A stretch of DNA of 64,000 nucleotides from Ginglymostoma cirratum (lineage: Eukaryota), in contig JAHRHZ010000111.1 in the NCBI GenBank assembly GCA_024137785.1, positions 9,538,530 to 9,602,529 of the forward strand, read 5' to 3'. Of the stretch, positions 1-28,658 are shown piece after piece. The translations under genes were made by a program, and so were the position numbers. Numbering within the stretch: the stretch's first letter is position 1; the number at the start of each line of letters is the position of its first letter. Under the pieces are notes generated by a model, which searched no databases, had not been told where the DNA came from, and saw only the letters and a program-made list of their open reading frames with translations.

Positions 1-135
1 GACTGTGGGAGGAAACCCATGCAGACACGGGAAAAACTTGCAAATTCCACACAGACGGTCGCCTGAAGGTGGAATCAAACCTGGGTCCCTGGCGCTGTGA
101 GGCAGTTATGTTAACCACTGAGCCACCATGCCACC
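1..135 (-). mobile_element. HE1-like tRNA-derived shark SINE, 5' part (cut by window edge)
   Basis: Reverse strand reads ggtggcatggtggctcagtggttaac...ccaggtttgattccacc (A and B boxes). Same family as the copies at 49978 and 50465. Confidence 0.8.
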
Positions 136-1051
136 TCAAATTATCCTCTTGCTCCTAATAAATTGGTAAGACATCATTTGGGTTTACCTTGGTGTTGTTT
201 GCCAATATTCCTTTGTCTTCCTACTTTCCTTTTTGATTTCACCAATCCACTTTGTATACTCCTGCTGGCTTTACAGACGATTGAATTCTCTCTGTCCGAT
301 GTGGCTTCCTTCACCCTAAGCTCCCTAATCAAGTCTGCCTCCTTACACATCGTTAAATCCAGAATTGTCTGTTCCCTAGTGGGGTCTACTGCAAGTTGCT
401 CCCAAAACCATCTTGTAGATATTCCACAAATTCCTTTTCGAGATCCACTATCACCCTGATTTTCCCAGTCCATCTGCATATTGAAGTTCCCTCATGATTG
501 TTGTAATTGTGCCTTTCTTATCTGCCTTTTCTATCTTCTGATTTATTTTCTCCCCAACATCCCGACCACTGCTACATGACTTCCAGCAGGAACTTATTTC
601 TTTTGCAGTTCCTCAACTCTACCCACACAAATAATACACCTTTTGACACTATATCACTTCTTGCTATCGATTTTAATTTCACTTCTTACTAACAAGGCAA
701 TCCCTCTGCCTGTTCTTTTAATAGGATGCAAATCCTGGATATTTAGTTCCCAGCCCTGATCCCCTTGCAGCCACGCCTCTACGATACCCTCAACATTGTG
801 CCCACAAATTTCAATCTGTACTACAAGCTCATTTACCTTGTTTTGTGTACTGCAAGCATTTTAAGTACAGTACCCTCAGTCCTGTGTTGGCCGGCACCTT
901 CTCATTGTTGTCCCTTTATCTGCTGTGTCTGTAGTTAGATTCTTGACCTTTTCCACACACTCTGTCCCGTTCTTGTTGTGAAACATTTTACCTCTGCTGA
1001 GCTCTCCTTGCTTTAAACTTTTTCAATCATTGTTCATGCAATGACTCCCAC

Positions 1052-1081
1052 CCCCCCCGCCCCCCCGCCCCCCCCCCCCCC
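1052..1081 (-). repeat. Poly-C/poly-G tract
   Basis: 30 nt of C with two G interruptions. Confidence 0.9.
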
Positions 1082-1714
1082 AACTGAGTACTTATTTTAA
1101 ATCCCTACCCACAGCCCAAGTTTGCAGTTTGTCAGGACTCTGTATGCTTCAAGTGGAGCTCATCCCATCAGAACAGCTCCTTCCCCAGTTCTAGTGCCAA
1201 TGTTCCATGAATATGAACCCATTTGTCCCATTTTAACCTTTGAACCACAGGTATTTACCTCTTTCATCTTGTTGACCCTGTATTGATTTGCTGCTGGCTC
1301 AGGTACCAATCTGGAGGTTATTACCTTTTTGGTTCTGCTTTTTAATTTAACCTCTAGCTGCTCATATTCCCTCAAAAGAACCTTTTCCCTCTTTCTGCCA
1401 ATGTTGTTGGTACTTACGTAGGCCACAACAACTGGTCTTCCCCCCAACTCCAAGTTCCTCTGTAGCCCATATGAGATATCCCGAACTCAGGCACCAGGCA
1501 AACAACACAGCCTTTGGAACTCTTGATCCTGGCCACAGAGGACAGTGTCTCTTCCCCTGACTATACTATTCCCAATTACAAGTACATTTCTCTTTTCTTC
1601 CCCATCTTGAACGACTGGCTGTAACACCATGCTATAGTCAGTTTGCTCCTCCTCCCAATATCTCGTACACACAGGGAGTAAGAATCTCAAACCTGTCAGA
1701 CAAGCTCAAGGGTT

Positions 1715-1863
1715 GAGATAGTAGGAACTGCTGATGCTGGAGAATCTGAGATAACAAGGTGTAGAGCTGGATGAACACAGCAGGTCAAGCAGCATCAGAG
1801 GAGCAGGAAGGCTGACGTTTCGGGCCTAGACCCTTCTTCAGCCTTCCTGCTCCTCTCATGCTG
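1715..1863 (-). mobile_element. PLE-terminus mini-element (family A) with hammerhead motif and fold-back arm
   Basis: Minus strand CTGAAGA-AGGGTCTAGGCCC-GAAACGTC at 1841-1814, with 25-bp inverted arms. Confidence 0.8.
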
Positions 1864-2509
1864 GTCAACGGCTGAGGCTCCTTTAGGACCACCCCCTTGT
1901 CCCTGACCACTGTCCAAATTTGAGGTAGTTGGTCTAGGGGGTGTGACTACCTCCTGAAACACAGCATCTAGGTAATTCACCTTCCCTGATGAGTGACAAT
2001 GTTCAAAGCTCAGGCTCCAGCTTGTCATCTCTGAGCCAGAGTTCCTCAAGCAACCAACACTTGCTACAGAATTTATCACTATGAACCACAATAGGGGCTG
2101 CCAACCCCTACGTCATGCAATTACAACAGATAGCCTGACTTTGATTCTCTATTTTAACTACTTTGTTCTTAATTTTGAGGTTTAAAATTTCATACTGGTC
2201 TTTTAGTTTGTAGCCTATAAATATTTCCCCTGTTTACCTTCAGTCTGAAAGTAATCGATAATATATAGTCAAATTAGTAGCTTTCACCAATCAATGAAGT
2301 TATTGGTTTATCTGTGATGTCACTCTTTTGTGCTGGGCTCCTGACCCTGGATTTCAATTTATCCTGTGAAAAAAATTACAAACTATGAGCCAAAAAAATG
2401 CAAGCAAAAAGCACCTCATTTCCCTATGCACCGAATTCCCACATTGTCTTCAAATTCCCAAACTGTATACTCACTTGGGCTGTGTTTCACTCTGGATTTG
2501 ATCTGTCCT

Positions 2510-3870
2510 TCCTGAATGTGTGAAGTTTACTGATCATACAGTATTTATATGGCTAGTCCAGTTCAGTTTCCGATCAATGGTAACACCAGGATGTTTATAC
2601 TGGGTGTTTCAGCAATAGTAGTACCATTTAATGTCAAGGGGAAATGGTCAAATTCTCTCTTGTTGGGAGTTGTCATTCCTTGGCACTTATGTGGCATGAA
2701 TATTACCTGCCACTTCACAGCCCAAGCCTGAATATTGTTCAGATGATGCTGCATTTGGACAATGATTTCTTCAATATCTGAGGAGTTATGAATAGTGCCG
2801 AACGTTGTGCTGTCATTGGTGAATATTCCCACTTCTGACCCTTAGGATGGAGCTGAAAATGATTTGGCATGGAACACTACTCTGAGGGCCCTTATGACAC
2901 AATGGTAGTGTACCTCCCTTGGAGCCAGGAGACCTAGGTTCAAATCCCAATTGCTCAAGAAGTGTGTAATAACATCTCTGAACAGGTTAATTAGGAAAAA
3001 TATAGCCTGGGGAACAGCTAGGACGCCTGCGGAACAGGAGTGGTACCCCAGCTCTGAGTCAGAAGAGCCAGGTTTAAGATCTATTTGCTCCACAAGTGTT
3101 TATGAACATCCTTGAACAATTTGATTAGAAAATATTTAATAAGCTGGTTAGGAATGTAAGACGCAACAAAAAGCAGTTTGATGACACAAATCAAATAATT
3201 ACCCTGAGGAACTAAGACTCTTATGGTGCAGTGGTAGTGTCCCAACCTCTGAGCTGGGTTCATGTCCCACCTTCTCCATTCGTGTGTAACATCATCTTTG
3301 AAAGGGTCAACTAGAAAATAATTTACCCTGATTTCCAGGACTAAAATTAATGATTTTTAACAATCATCTTCCTTTGTGCTAGGTTTTGAGTCCAACCAGT
3401 TGAACGTTTTACTCTGATTCTCATATATGTTGGTTTTGCTAGAATTCCTTAATGCCCAAGTGCAGTATTTCTTACCTCACTTCTCAACTTCAGCTCTTTT
3501 GCCAATGTTTGGACCAAGGCTATGATGAAGTCAGGAATTGAGAAGCCCTGGCCAAACCCAAACTCAACATCAGGTAATCACTGCGTAAATGCCACTGAAT
3601 GGTACTGTTATGACAAAAACCATCATTTTTCCTATTATTGAGTAGTCTGATAGAGCAGTAATTGGCTGGCTTGGATTTGTCTTGTTTTGTAGACCAGGCA
3701 TACCTGGGCGATTTTTTTTAACATTGCCAGGGAGATGTCAGTGTTATGACCGTACTGGAACAGCTTGGCGAGGGGAACAGCAAGTTCTGGAGCACAACTT
3801 TCTGGTACTGCTGCCAGATTGTTCTCAGGGTCCGTAGCCTTCAAAGTATCTGGTATCTTCAGCCGTTTCT
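2510..3870 (-). mobile_element. CR1/L2-group LINE RT remnant interrupted by three tRNA-like SINEs (2887-3320)
   Basis: PESCAPELAVPLAKLFQY..IAQVCLV and LNNIQAWAVKWQVIFMPHKCQ. Related fragments at 5925-6190, 51000-52400 and 60390-60950. Confidence 0.75.
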
Positions 3871-4029
3871 TGATATTATGTGGTTTGATTTTGTTTGCTA
3901 GTGTTCCCGTGGCTTTTTTTTTTCGATGCTTTACTGCTTTAAACGTACTGTATAAATGCAGGCTGTTTATGAAACCGGGCAGCCAAGTTGTGCAAAGCAA
4001 GATACCATAAGCAGCAATGAAAAGGCTAG

Positions 4030-4620
4030 GCGGATGATGAAGGAAAGTGGGCGACAGGGCGACTTATAGGACACTGCAAATATGCGTAGCAAACGCCAGC
4101 ATAAACTGGCTGGACAGGAAAACCGGTTTCTCCGTTAATCTTTTGAAAAAAAGACCCTAGCATATTTGGAACAGTGCATTGAAATCTAAGCTGCAGACTT
4201 GGGTCGCAGTTAGTTCCCTAAACAGTTGCTACGTACAGCCGTGTAATGGGGGCAGTCCCACACTCAGCCCAAGTAACGTTCAAATCTCATGAGATGTAGG
4301 GTTTGTGGGAAGGAGTTGTTCTGTCCTTGTTTTGATCGGATCAGCTGATTTTCTGCCTTGTTCTTGTCTCCCTTACGGTAGGATGGTTACCTGCTTGACA
4401 GATCTTTTCTGAATCTCATAGACCTTCGGCTCGCAGTTGACCAGGCAAGTTACAAAGGGGAGGGCGGGCGTCCGTGTGCCCGCTTTTGATTTTATTAATG
4501 TTTCTACTCGGTTTCTCTTTTCCGGCGCGGGGTTGGGGACAGAGCTACAGAAACTCGGAACCTGTGGTACTGGGCCAGAGACAAGGAGGCCTCGTCATTT
4601 TTATTCGGACCCATGACAAC
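4030..4620 (+). promoter_or_regulatory. CpG-enriched, TE-free segment; likely PSEN2 promoter and non-coding first exon
   Basis: Local CpG excess, GC box GGGAGGGCGGGCG near 4458-4470, about 2.3 kb upstream of the ATG exon. The TSS cannot be determined from sequence. Confidence 0.55.
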
Positions 4621-6870
4621 CACAGCCTGTGATTCCCATTGTACGTTACTGTGATGTTCTGATGCTTTCGTCTGGTATAGATCGTTAATCTGAGCATCGG
4701 TAACCATACTCTGCAATAGTAAATGCTCAATCTGCAGCAATAAGGGCTTTGACAGTCGTTCTAAAAATAAACTTCTCTGCAAAACAGAGATTGAGGTGGG
4801 GAGTTGGGGGTGAGGAAGTGCAAACACTGCAATCGACTAGTCTTTTTTTCGATTGCCCAACCCTGTCCCAGAATCACCGTGGAGCGTCCAGGAAGGAAAG
4901 GTTAAACTGTTGGCCCATTCCTGAAAGCAAACAGGAGATAAACCATAAGGGAGATTTTTAAAATTTATTTTCTTTGTTTTATTTTGTTCCCCACTTTCAC
5001 ACAAGCATAGCAAAAGGCAGTTTGACTGATTTTCAAATGTCACTCAGTTGAGTGACAGTAAGTCATTTTGATTTCCAATTGGCAATTCGGAAGGTGAAAT
5101 GACGTATGTTAATGTTGGACACTCAGTGGTGAGGATGGCAAGTCATGTAATGAAACCTCCAAGAATATTCCCGATGAGAGTATGAATGTTTCCAATAGAT
5201 TTCAGGAATCTGCAGCTCCAAGTTCCCTGCCACTATGAATCAGTCTGTGCTTCAGTGCTTTTTTAAACTGGAGGCGACCAAACTGTGCTGGCATCTTGCT
5301 GTAATGGCTGTTGACACGATAAATGTCAATGTGTTTAACAATCACTGATTCAGATGTGTGAAGACACAGAAGAAACTGAGATTGATCTCTTTAGAACAGC
5401 AAAAAATTAAAAGGAGCTTCATTACTGGCGTTAAAAATAAATAAAGGGTTTTGAAACAGTAATTAAGGAGAAAATATTTCTATTGACAAGAGTGTCAGTA
5501 ACCATTGGGCACAAACTTGAGGCTCAGTCAAAAGGACTGGGAAAAGATTTTTTTAAAACACACATTGTAGTGATCTGGAATGCGCTTCCTGAAAGGAGAA
5601 TGGAAACAGAATTAAGAGTAAACTTAAAAAGATAATTGGGTAAATGCTTGAAAAGAAAAACAAAAGAACAGGAATGTGGGTGAACAGTACAGGGTTGAGA
5701 CTTCTTGCGTGGTTCTGTTAAAGAGCTCATGTGGGTATGATGGACGAGATGATCTTCTTTGTGCTGTGAGATGCAATGATTCAGTAATAAAAGGGAATAG
5801 TTTGAAACTCAGTGTAGTGGGATCCAAAGGATTTGACCACTTTATACAATGTGTGGTGTACGTACAGATTGGAATGCAAGTCAGTGATGAGTGATTGCAT
5901 CATGAGTTGAAGGGAAAACTGGATAAGTACCCAATGCAATGCTTGCTTCACATTATATCCAGGAACGGCTGAAAGTGCTGGATACTATGAAGGCTAAGAA
6001 CAATCTGGCAGCAGTACAGAAGAGTTGTACTCCAGAACTTTCTGTTCCCCTCGCCAAGCTCTGCCAGTACAGCTACAATACCAGGCATCAACCTGGAATA
6101 TTGAAAAAATTGTCCATGTGTGTCTGGCCTACAGAAAAGAGGCAACGCAGCCAATTACTGCTCTATCAGTCTACTCTGAATAGAGCTTGCTGGAGGTATT
6201 GTATCTCTGTGCTGTCACATTGCTTGTCTGAAAACCAGTCATGGATGAAAGGTAACCTCCTCCAGTGAAACATTGGAAATATCGAAGCTATCATCCAGGG
6301 GCTCCAGCTACAGATTATGTACACAACACCATTTATTCAGTCACTTCTTTGGGGCCATTTCTGCCTTAGTCATACTGCTTCCAACCTGGATGCCGTGTTC
6401 AACTTTAAACTGAACATCTATCCCATTAAAAAATTACTTTCTTCCATTTCCTTAGCATTGCATTTTCATCTGTGACACCAACTCCAAGTAGTTACTGACT
6501 TCTTACAGTTACATTACTGACGCCAGACACTGCTCCAGACACTGGCTCCTCCTGGTTACATTAACAAAGTTGTCTTCCTGCAGTTACTGCCTCCCCTTGG
6601 CCAAGTTACCAAGGCCAGCTCTCCATAGTTATATTAATAAATCTGACTCCTGACTGTTACATTACTAAAACAGGACAGGTCCTGCAAAATGACGAAGTGG
6701 CTGAATACCATGATCAAAGGGGAGTTACAGTACACTGAACAACATCTATTGCTGGAGGTAATATTTAATTACAGTGTTCTTCAACTCTTGATGCACATTG
6801 TACTTATGTTTTGCAGAGTTACCTGGCTAGTGTGTGAGATTATCCACTCGTGCTTGCAGAAAGATTGTTC

Positions 6871-23163
<16,293 letters not shown>

Positions 23164-23367
23164 GAATTCGATTAAAACTCCACCTTGCTTGGACTGATGA
23201 CAGGTGCAGGTTTGGGGAAATTTCAGCACTGATCTTACCTTGTGAAGGTCCAGAAGGGGGGATAAAAGGGATCATTTATATATTCATAATTTAATGATGC
23301 AAATGTTATAGCCATTTTGAGTCTGACAAATCGTGCAAGATTGAATTTTAAGAAGTGTCTTTATAGA

Positions 23368-23373
23368 AATAAA
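23368..23373 (+). terminator. Candidate PSEN2 polyadenylation signal AATAAA
   Basis: First AATAAA, about 205 nt after the stop, followed by U-rich sequence. Confidence 0.5.
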
Positions 23374-24014
23374 AGTATGTTTATTAGTAACTGAAAAACC
23401 CAAATTTAGTTATGTAATGCCACTCTGCCTCACACTAGGCCCACAAAGGGTTTAGAATGTAAACGTGCAACTGGAATACTAAAGTGAGGGATGGAAAATG
23501 TGCCATGGAGTTTCAGACTGTAATATATAGAAACTTGTTTATTTATTTTGTGTCAAAGAGGAATTCTGTTTTTTAGTTAATCAGCAAAGTAGATGGAAGA
23601 GTTTAGTGGAGCAAGGTGTTGGAGGTGAAATGAATTTATTAACCCAGCATTGACTTGTCACCCTTTGAGCATGAAGGTGAAAGATGCTGTTTCAGTTAAT
23701 GTAACCTATAGAATATAGAACCTGTGCCCCTCCAGTCAGTGAAGGAAAGGAGTCATTTCTATTCTTTGTTTAGTGGTGAATGTTTACTACAAAGATCGTT
23801 CTGTTTGTCTAGTCATTTGAAATCCTGTGACCAGACTGGACTATTTGTACCAAATCACGATTGCATGAGGAAGTGATTTGTACTCAACCTCAGCAAAACA
23901 TTACCTCAGGGTATGTACAGTTCAAGACAGTAAAATAGAATTTCACAATTGTCGGTAAGTATTTGTAGTGTACTCTGTAGTGTTTTACTAAATCCATTGG
24001 CAGGTGTCATTTCC

Positions 24015-26400
24015 CTGTGGTGGGGCATTTCAAGATTGGGGGCATCTTTTTAAGGTGGGGAGAAGAAAGATTTAAAAAGAACATCAGAGGCACTTTTTAT
24101 TTAAACAGAGTGGTTCATGTTGGAATGGACTTGTGGGAAAATACTAGGCAAATGCAATATAAGGTGGATAAATGTGTGGTTATCCACATTTATCCACCTT
24201 GGTTGCAAAAACAGGAAGGCAGATTATTATCTGAATGGTGGCAGTTTAGGAAAAAGGTGAGATGCACCGAGACTTGGGTGTCATGGTGGAACAATTGCTG
24301 AAGGTTGGTATGCAGGTGCAGCAGGCAGTGAGGAAAGCTAATGGCATGTTCTCCTTCATAGCGAGAGGATTTGAGTATCAGAGTAAGAATGTCTTGCTAC
24401 AGTTATACAGGGCTTTGGTGAAGTGACAACTTGAGCGTTGTGTGTAGTTTTAGTTTACTAGTCTGAGGAAGGACATTCTTCCTATTGAGTGAGTCCAGCA
24501 AAGGTTCACCAGACTGATTCCCAGGATGGCAGGACTGACATATGTGAGGAATGACAGGGTTGACAGGGCTTGTATTTGCTGGACTTTAGAAGAATGAAAG
24601 GGGATCTCATAAAAATATATGAAATCCTGATGGGACTGGACAGGCTAGATACAGGAAGAATATTCCTAATGTTGGGGAAGTCCAGAACAAGGGGTCACAG
24701 TCTAAGAATAAGGGGTAAGCCATTCAGGACTGAGATAAGGAAGAATTTCTTCACTCAGAGTTGTGAACCTGTGGAATTCTGTCCCACAGAAAGCTGTTGG
24801 GGCCAGTTCATTAGATATATTCAAGGGGGAGCTGAATGGGGTCCTTGCGATTAAAGGGATCAAGGGGTATAGAGAGAGGGTGGGAATGGGATACAGAGAT
24901 TGCATGATCAGCCATGATTGTACAGAATAGTGGTGCAGGCTCGACAGGCCTAAAATATATTTTTTATTACATTTTGCCAACCTGTGAAAGACCCATTTAT
25001 GCCTTCTGCCTCCTTGTTAGCCAGCCAATCTGCTATCCACACCAATTTGCCATCACTGACACCATGGGCATTTATTTTCTGCAGTAACTTTTGATGTAAC
25101 ATCTTATCAAATAAATCAGTAATTGAGGTAGCAAGAGGGGAAAACTATATCGGTAGTATGCATAAAAGTATCCAGATAACTACAACATACTGGAGGTTGA
25201 AAATTGAAAAATTGTGAATGCATCGGGGATTGCACAGAAGAGGTTTGCAAGAATGGTTCCATAGATGAGAAATTTCAGTTATGAAGATAGATTGGAGAAC
25301 TGAACAGGAAGATAAGAACGGAAGCAACCATTCAATATAATCATGGCTAATCAAATGCTTCAACGTCTTTTACTTATCCCATTCCCATTACCCTGTCTGC
25401 TATTGATAATCCAAAATCTATCAATCTCCACCTTAAACATGTTCCAGGACTCTGCTCCAGGGCTGTCTGAGGTGGAGACTTCACAAGCCTCTGAGTAAAA
25501 AGATTTCTCCTCATCTCCATTGACGAGGCATTCCCTTATTTTTAAGTTGTGCCCCAATTCTGGATTCCCCAACCCAGGGAACCATCTTCCCTGTATCTAC
25601 CCTGTCTATCCCTTTGTATTTTTGTAGGTTTTAATGACAGGTTCAACTTGTCATTCTTTGAAACTCTAGGAAACACAGACCCAGTTCGCCTAATCTCTCT
25701 TCCTAAAATAATCTTCCCATCCCAGGAACAAGTCTGGTGAACCTTTGTTACACTCCCTCTATGGCAATAATATTTTTCCAGAGATAAGGAAATCAAACAA
25801 CACACAACTCCAGGTGCTGTCTAAACAAGCTCCCATACAATTGAAACAAGCCTTCACTACTATACTCAAATCCTCTTGTAATAAAGGCTAACATTTGATT
25901 CATCTTCCTAATACTTACTGAACCTACACGTTCGTCTTAATTGACTTACTGACAAGGACTCATTACCATTTGTACATCTACACTTTCCATTCTCTTATCA
26001 TTTAGGAAGTACTCTGCACAAAAGTAATAATTTAGCTTATCTGCTATTTCTGTTCCCCATTATAAATTCTCCTGATTACCTGTATTGTACCTACATTTGT
26101 TTTAAGTAAATGTTTTCTTTTTATGTACCCACAGAAGCTTTTACAATTACAATTATTTTGCGAGATTACATTCACATTCTATTCTCCCTTTCTTATTAGT
26201 TTGTTGGTCCTTTTTTGTTTTTTTCTTTAAACCTCCCAATCCCCAGAATTACTACAATTTGATGACTTTATTGCTTTATCATCTTAATACAAGCCTGAAA
26301 TTACTTTGTTTGTCACAGTTGACTGATCTTTCAAGTTTTTGCACCACAAAGAAATACACATTTGCCGTTTAGCATGCCCTCAAGTTAGCTTCTCCAGTGT
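24015..26400. mobile_element. Cluster of CR1 fragments on both strands between the PSEN2 and DPY30 3' ends
   Basis: KGDLIKIYEILMGLDRL..RTRGHSL..RKNFFTQ on +, and equivalents on -. Confidence 0.85.
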
Positions 26401-28370
26401 GTTCTAGAAAACCACCCCTATAAATCATTCTCCTCCAAACAGCTGGCACAGGCACAATGGGCCAAGGAGTGTCTCAGTACTGTACCATCGGAATTCATAA
26501 CACATTTGCCAAAAAAAAAAACTGGCTGCCAACTGAAATACTTGGTTTATGATCTTCTGAAATTGACCTTACCTCCTGCTATCCTAGCTTGGCTGAGTGC
26601 TCAACTTTCTCTCCAGAATATCCACCTGATCTATTCACTTCCTTCCCTGTGTGTGCTGTTGTTGGATACAACCACTAATTTCCCCAATGTGCAGAGTTGC
26701 TATTAATCTAATGTTAATGTTTTAGAAGTGTGTACACAGAAACAGAGGGTTAAGTTTTTAAAACTGAAGGCAGCTTTGGTCCAGCTTCAGCCTCAGCAAA
26801 TTATAAATTGCCTTAGGTGAAGCAAAATAATTGAAGTTTTATAGAAATGCAGCATTTTTTGATTAAATGTACAAGCTCTAATAATTAAGTGAGTCCAGTC
26901 ACAAAAGTTGTCCTGTGTGGTCACTTTCTGCCCAAGAAATAATGCTGAGCTTTGGTCTTGTTTCACCAAAATGTAAGCGGGTGTAAAGATTGGAGGGATG
27001 CAAGCATTGTCATGGATGAAGGGCACAATATTGTTTGTATGTCACGAGTGCTTTTTCTGTCAAATATATCGATAAAGATTAGGCATTGTGCTGTCGCCAC
27101 AATGTGGGATTGGGACCAAATAACGGCTGATGCTGATCACAGTGAAGCCAAAAAAGTATAACGGAGCCAAAAAACTTTCAACAGCTGTCTATTATAGCTT
27201 TCCTTGTTATTACCCCAAATTCCTTACTGATATGTGCATCAGGTAGGTTCAGCATTATGTTCCAATTTCTAATTCCAAATACATTTTGAAAAAAAAGCAA
27301 TAAGACTGTGTTCTACAAACTGAGAAACACCTGCCTACCTTAACCTGAGTTTCTGGCAATAAATTTGCTATCCTCATGGCTTTACTTCCTTACACCATAT
27401 GTATAACTTGCAGAAAAACATCCGACAATTCAGTTAATACCTTTTGAAAAGCCATTATGCTGGATTTGCTGTATTCCTTTGATGTATCCAATTTCTCAAC
27501 ACAACATGCCAGTTTTAAAACAAAATTAAGTGCAGGTAAATGGGATTTGTGTAGCTTGGTGTTTGCTGGTCTATGCTGCAAAGCATTGGCTGACTGTGAT
27601 ACTGCCGCACATTTTAAGTGCTCACTAACTTCAACCTAAGATTTATCCATAACAAACATTTCTGTAATTAGTCTATAGTTAGCCAGTTTATCCTCCTTTT
27701 TCACATCTTGAACACAGGCATCGCATTAGTCACCTACCAATCTGCAGTAGTAATTATTGCATAACCAGAAGACTGAAAAATTGGATTGAGAGGGTTTCTA
27801 GTTCTGCTTTCTTTAACAGAAGGATGCATTCCATTAAAGCCAGTTAACATCTATTTTGAATATGTTCATTTTTTCATATCCAAATTCTTTTGTTATCTGA
27901 CATTTATTCTGTCATTTCCTTATGGCTATATAGTAACTTCCATTACTGTAAAACTCTCAAATTATACATTTTCACCACACCTGCATCCTCCACAAACTAA
28001 CTGTTTCCAACTGATTGGTCTTTGCTGCTCTCCAATTCTTTTGTTCTTAACATCCTTAAGATGGCTGTAATTATTTTATCTTTAGTATCCTCAATTATTT
28101 TCCTTTTATGCCACTGGATGCCTTTTCTCATTATCCCTTTTATTCTTTCTTTTCACTAGTTCACTTCTTAATCTCCATTTTAAGATTTCCCATTGGCCTG
28201 TTTCACATCTACCCTTCTATCATATTGCTTTAACCATAATCCTTTAACCCCTCAAATACTATTCCAGACTTACTTGTATACTCCCTGCAAAAAAAAAAAA
28301 GTCTAGTAAGGGTACTGAGAGTGAAGCAAAGAACTGCACATTATTGAACCGATGTAAAAACACACAGTGG

Positions 28371-28376
28371 TTTATT
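28371..28376 (-). terminator. Candidate DPY30 polyadenylation signal AATAAA
   Basis: TTTATT on the + strand, about 210 nt past the stop, followed on - by GU/U-rich sequence. Confidence 0.65.
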
Positions 28377-28585
28377 TAACATCACAATGTTTACATAAAT
28401 AACCGAAAATGGTGATGAGCTATGCACAGTTACCACACTTCAGATAGATTATGGGCCACTTTATGCATATCCTGGTCTTGTTTTTTTTCCTCTGAATTGC
28501 TTTCACAAACCATGATATTCTAGAGTCACCACCTTCTTTGCAAATGGATCCGATGAAGTCTTCAGTTTTGCATCTTCCATGCAAG

Positions 28586-28658
28586 CTAATTTCTCTCTTC
28601 GAACTGTGACTTGTTCTTCAAAAGGTATGCGGCCAGGAATTCAATAGGATTGGGAGGT
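28586..28658 (-). CDS. DPY30: DPY30 last coding exon ([23 protein letters not shown])
   Basis: ttccag acceptor, TAG stop. Confidence 0.97.

Larger units (their letters stand above)
150..2150 (-). mobile_element. Decayed CR1 LINE, 5' half (ORF1 SGNH-esterase and ORF2 endonuclease remnants)
   Basis: Fragments VLVIGNSIVRG..RLCCLPGA, VVVAYVSTNNIG and PTREQTILDL. Confidence 0.8.

Noticed and set aside
1052-1081. G-quadruplex-forming tract as a regulatory element
   Set aside because: It lies inside a dead CR1, and homopolymer length is unreliable in assemblies.
2887-2965. tRNA-like heads here and near 13905, 16205 and 53612 as functional tRNA genes
   Set aside because: Cloverleaf stems are broken, and most continue into SINE bodies.
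4391-4419. Minus-strand ATGAGATTCAGAAAAGATCTGTCAAGCAG|GTAACC as the first exon of a gene divergent from PSEN2
   Set aside because: Too short to recognise, and no downstream exon is visible in 1-4390. Possible but unsupported.
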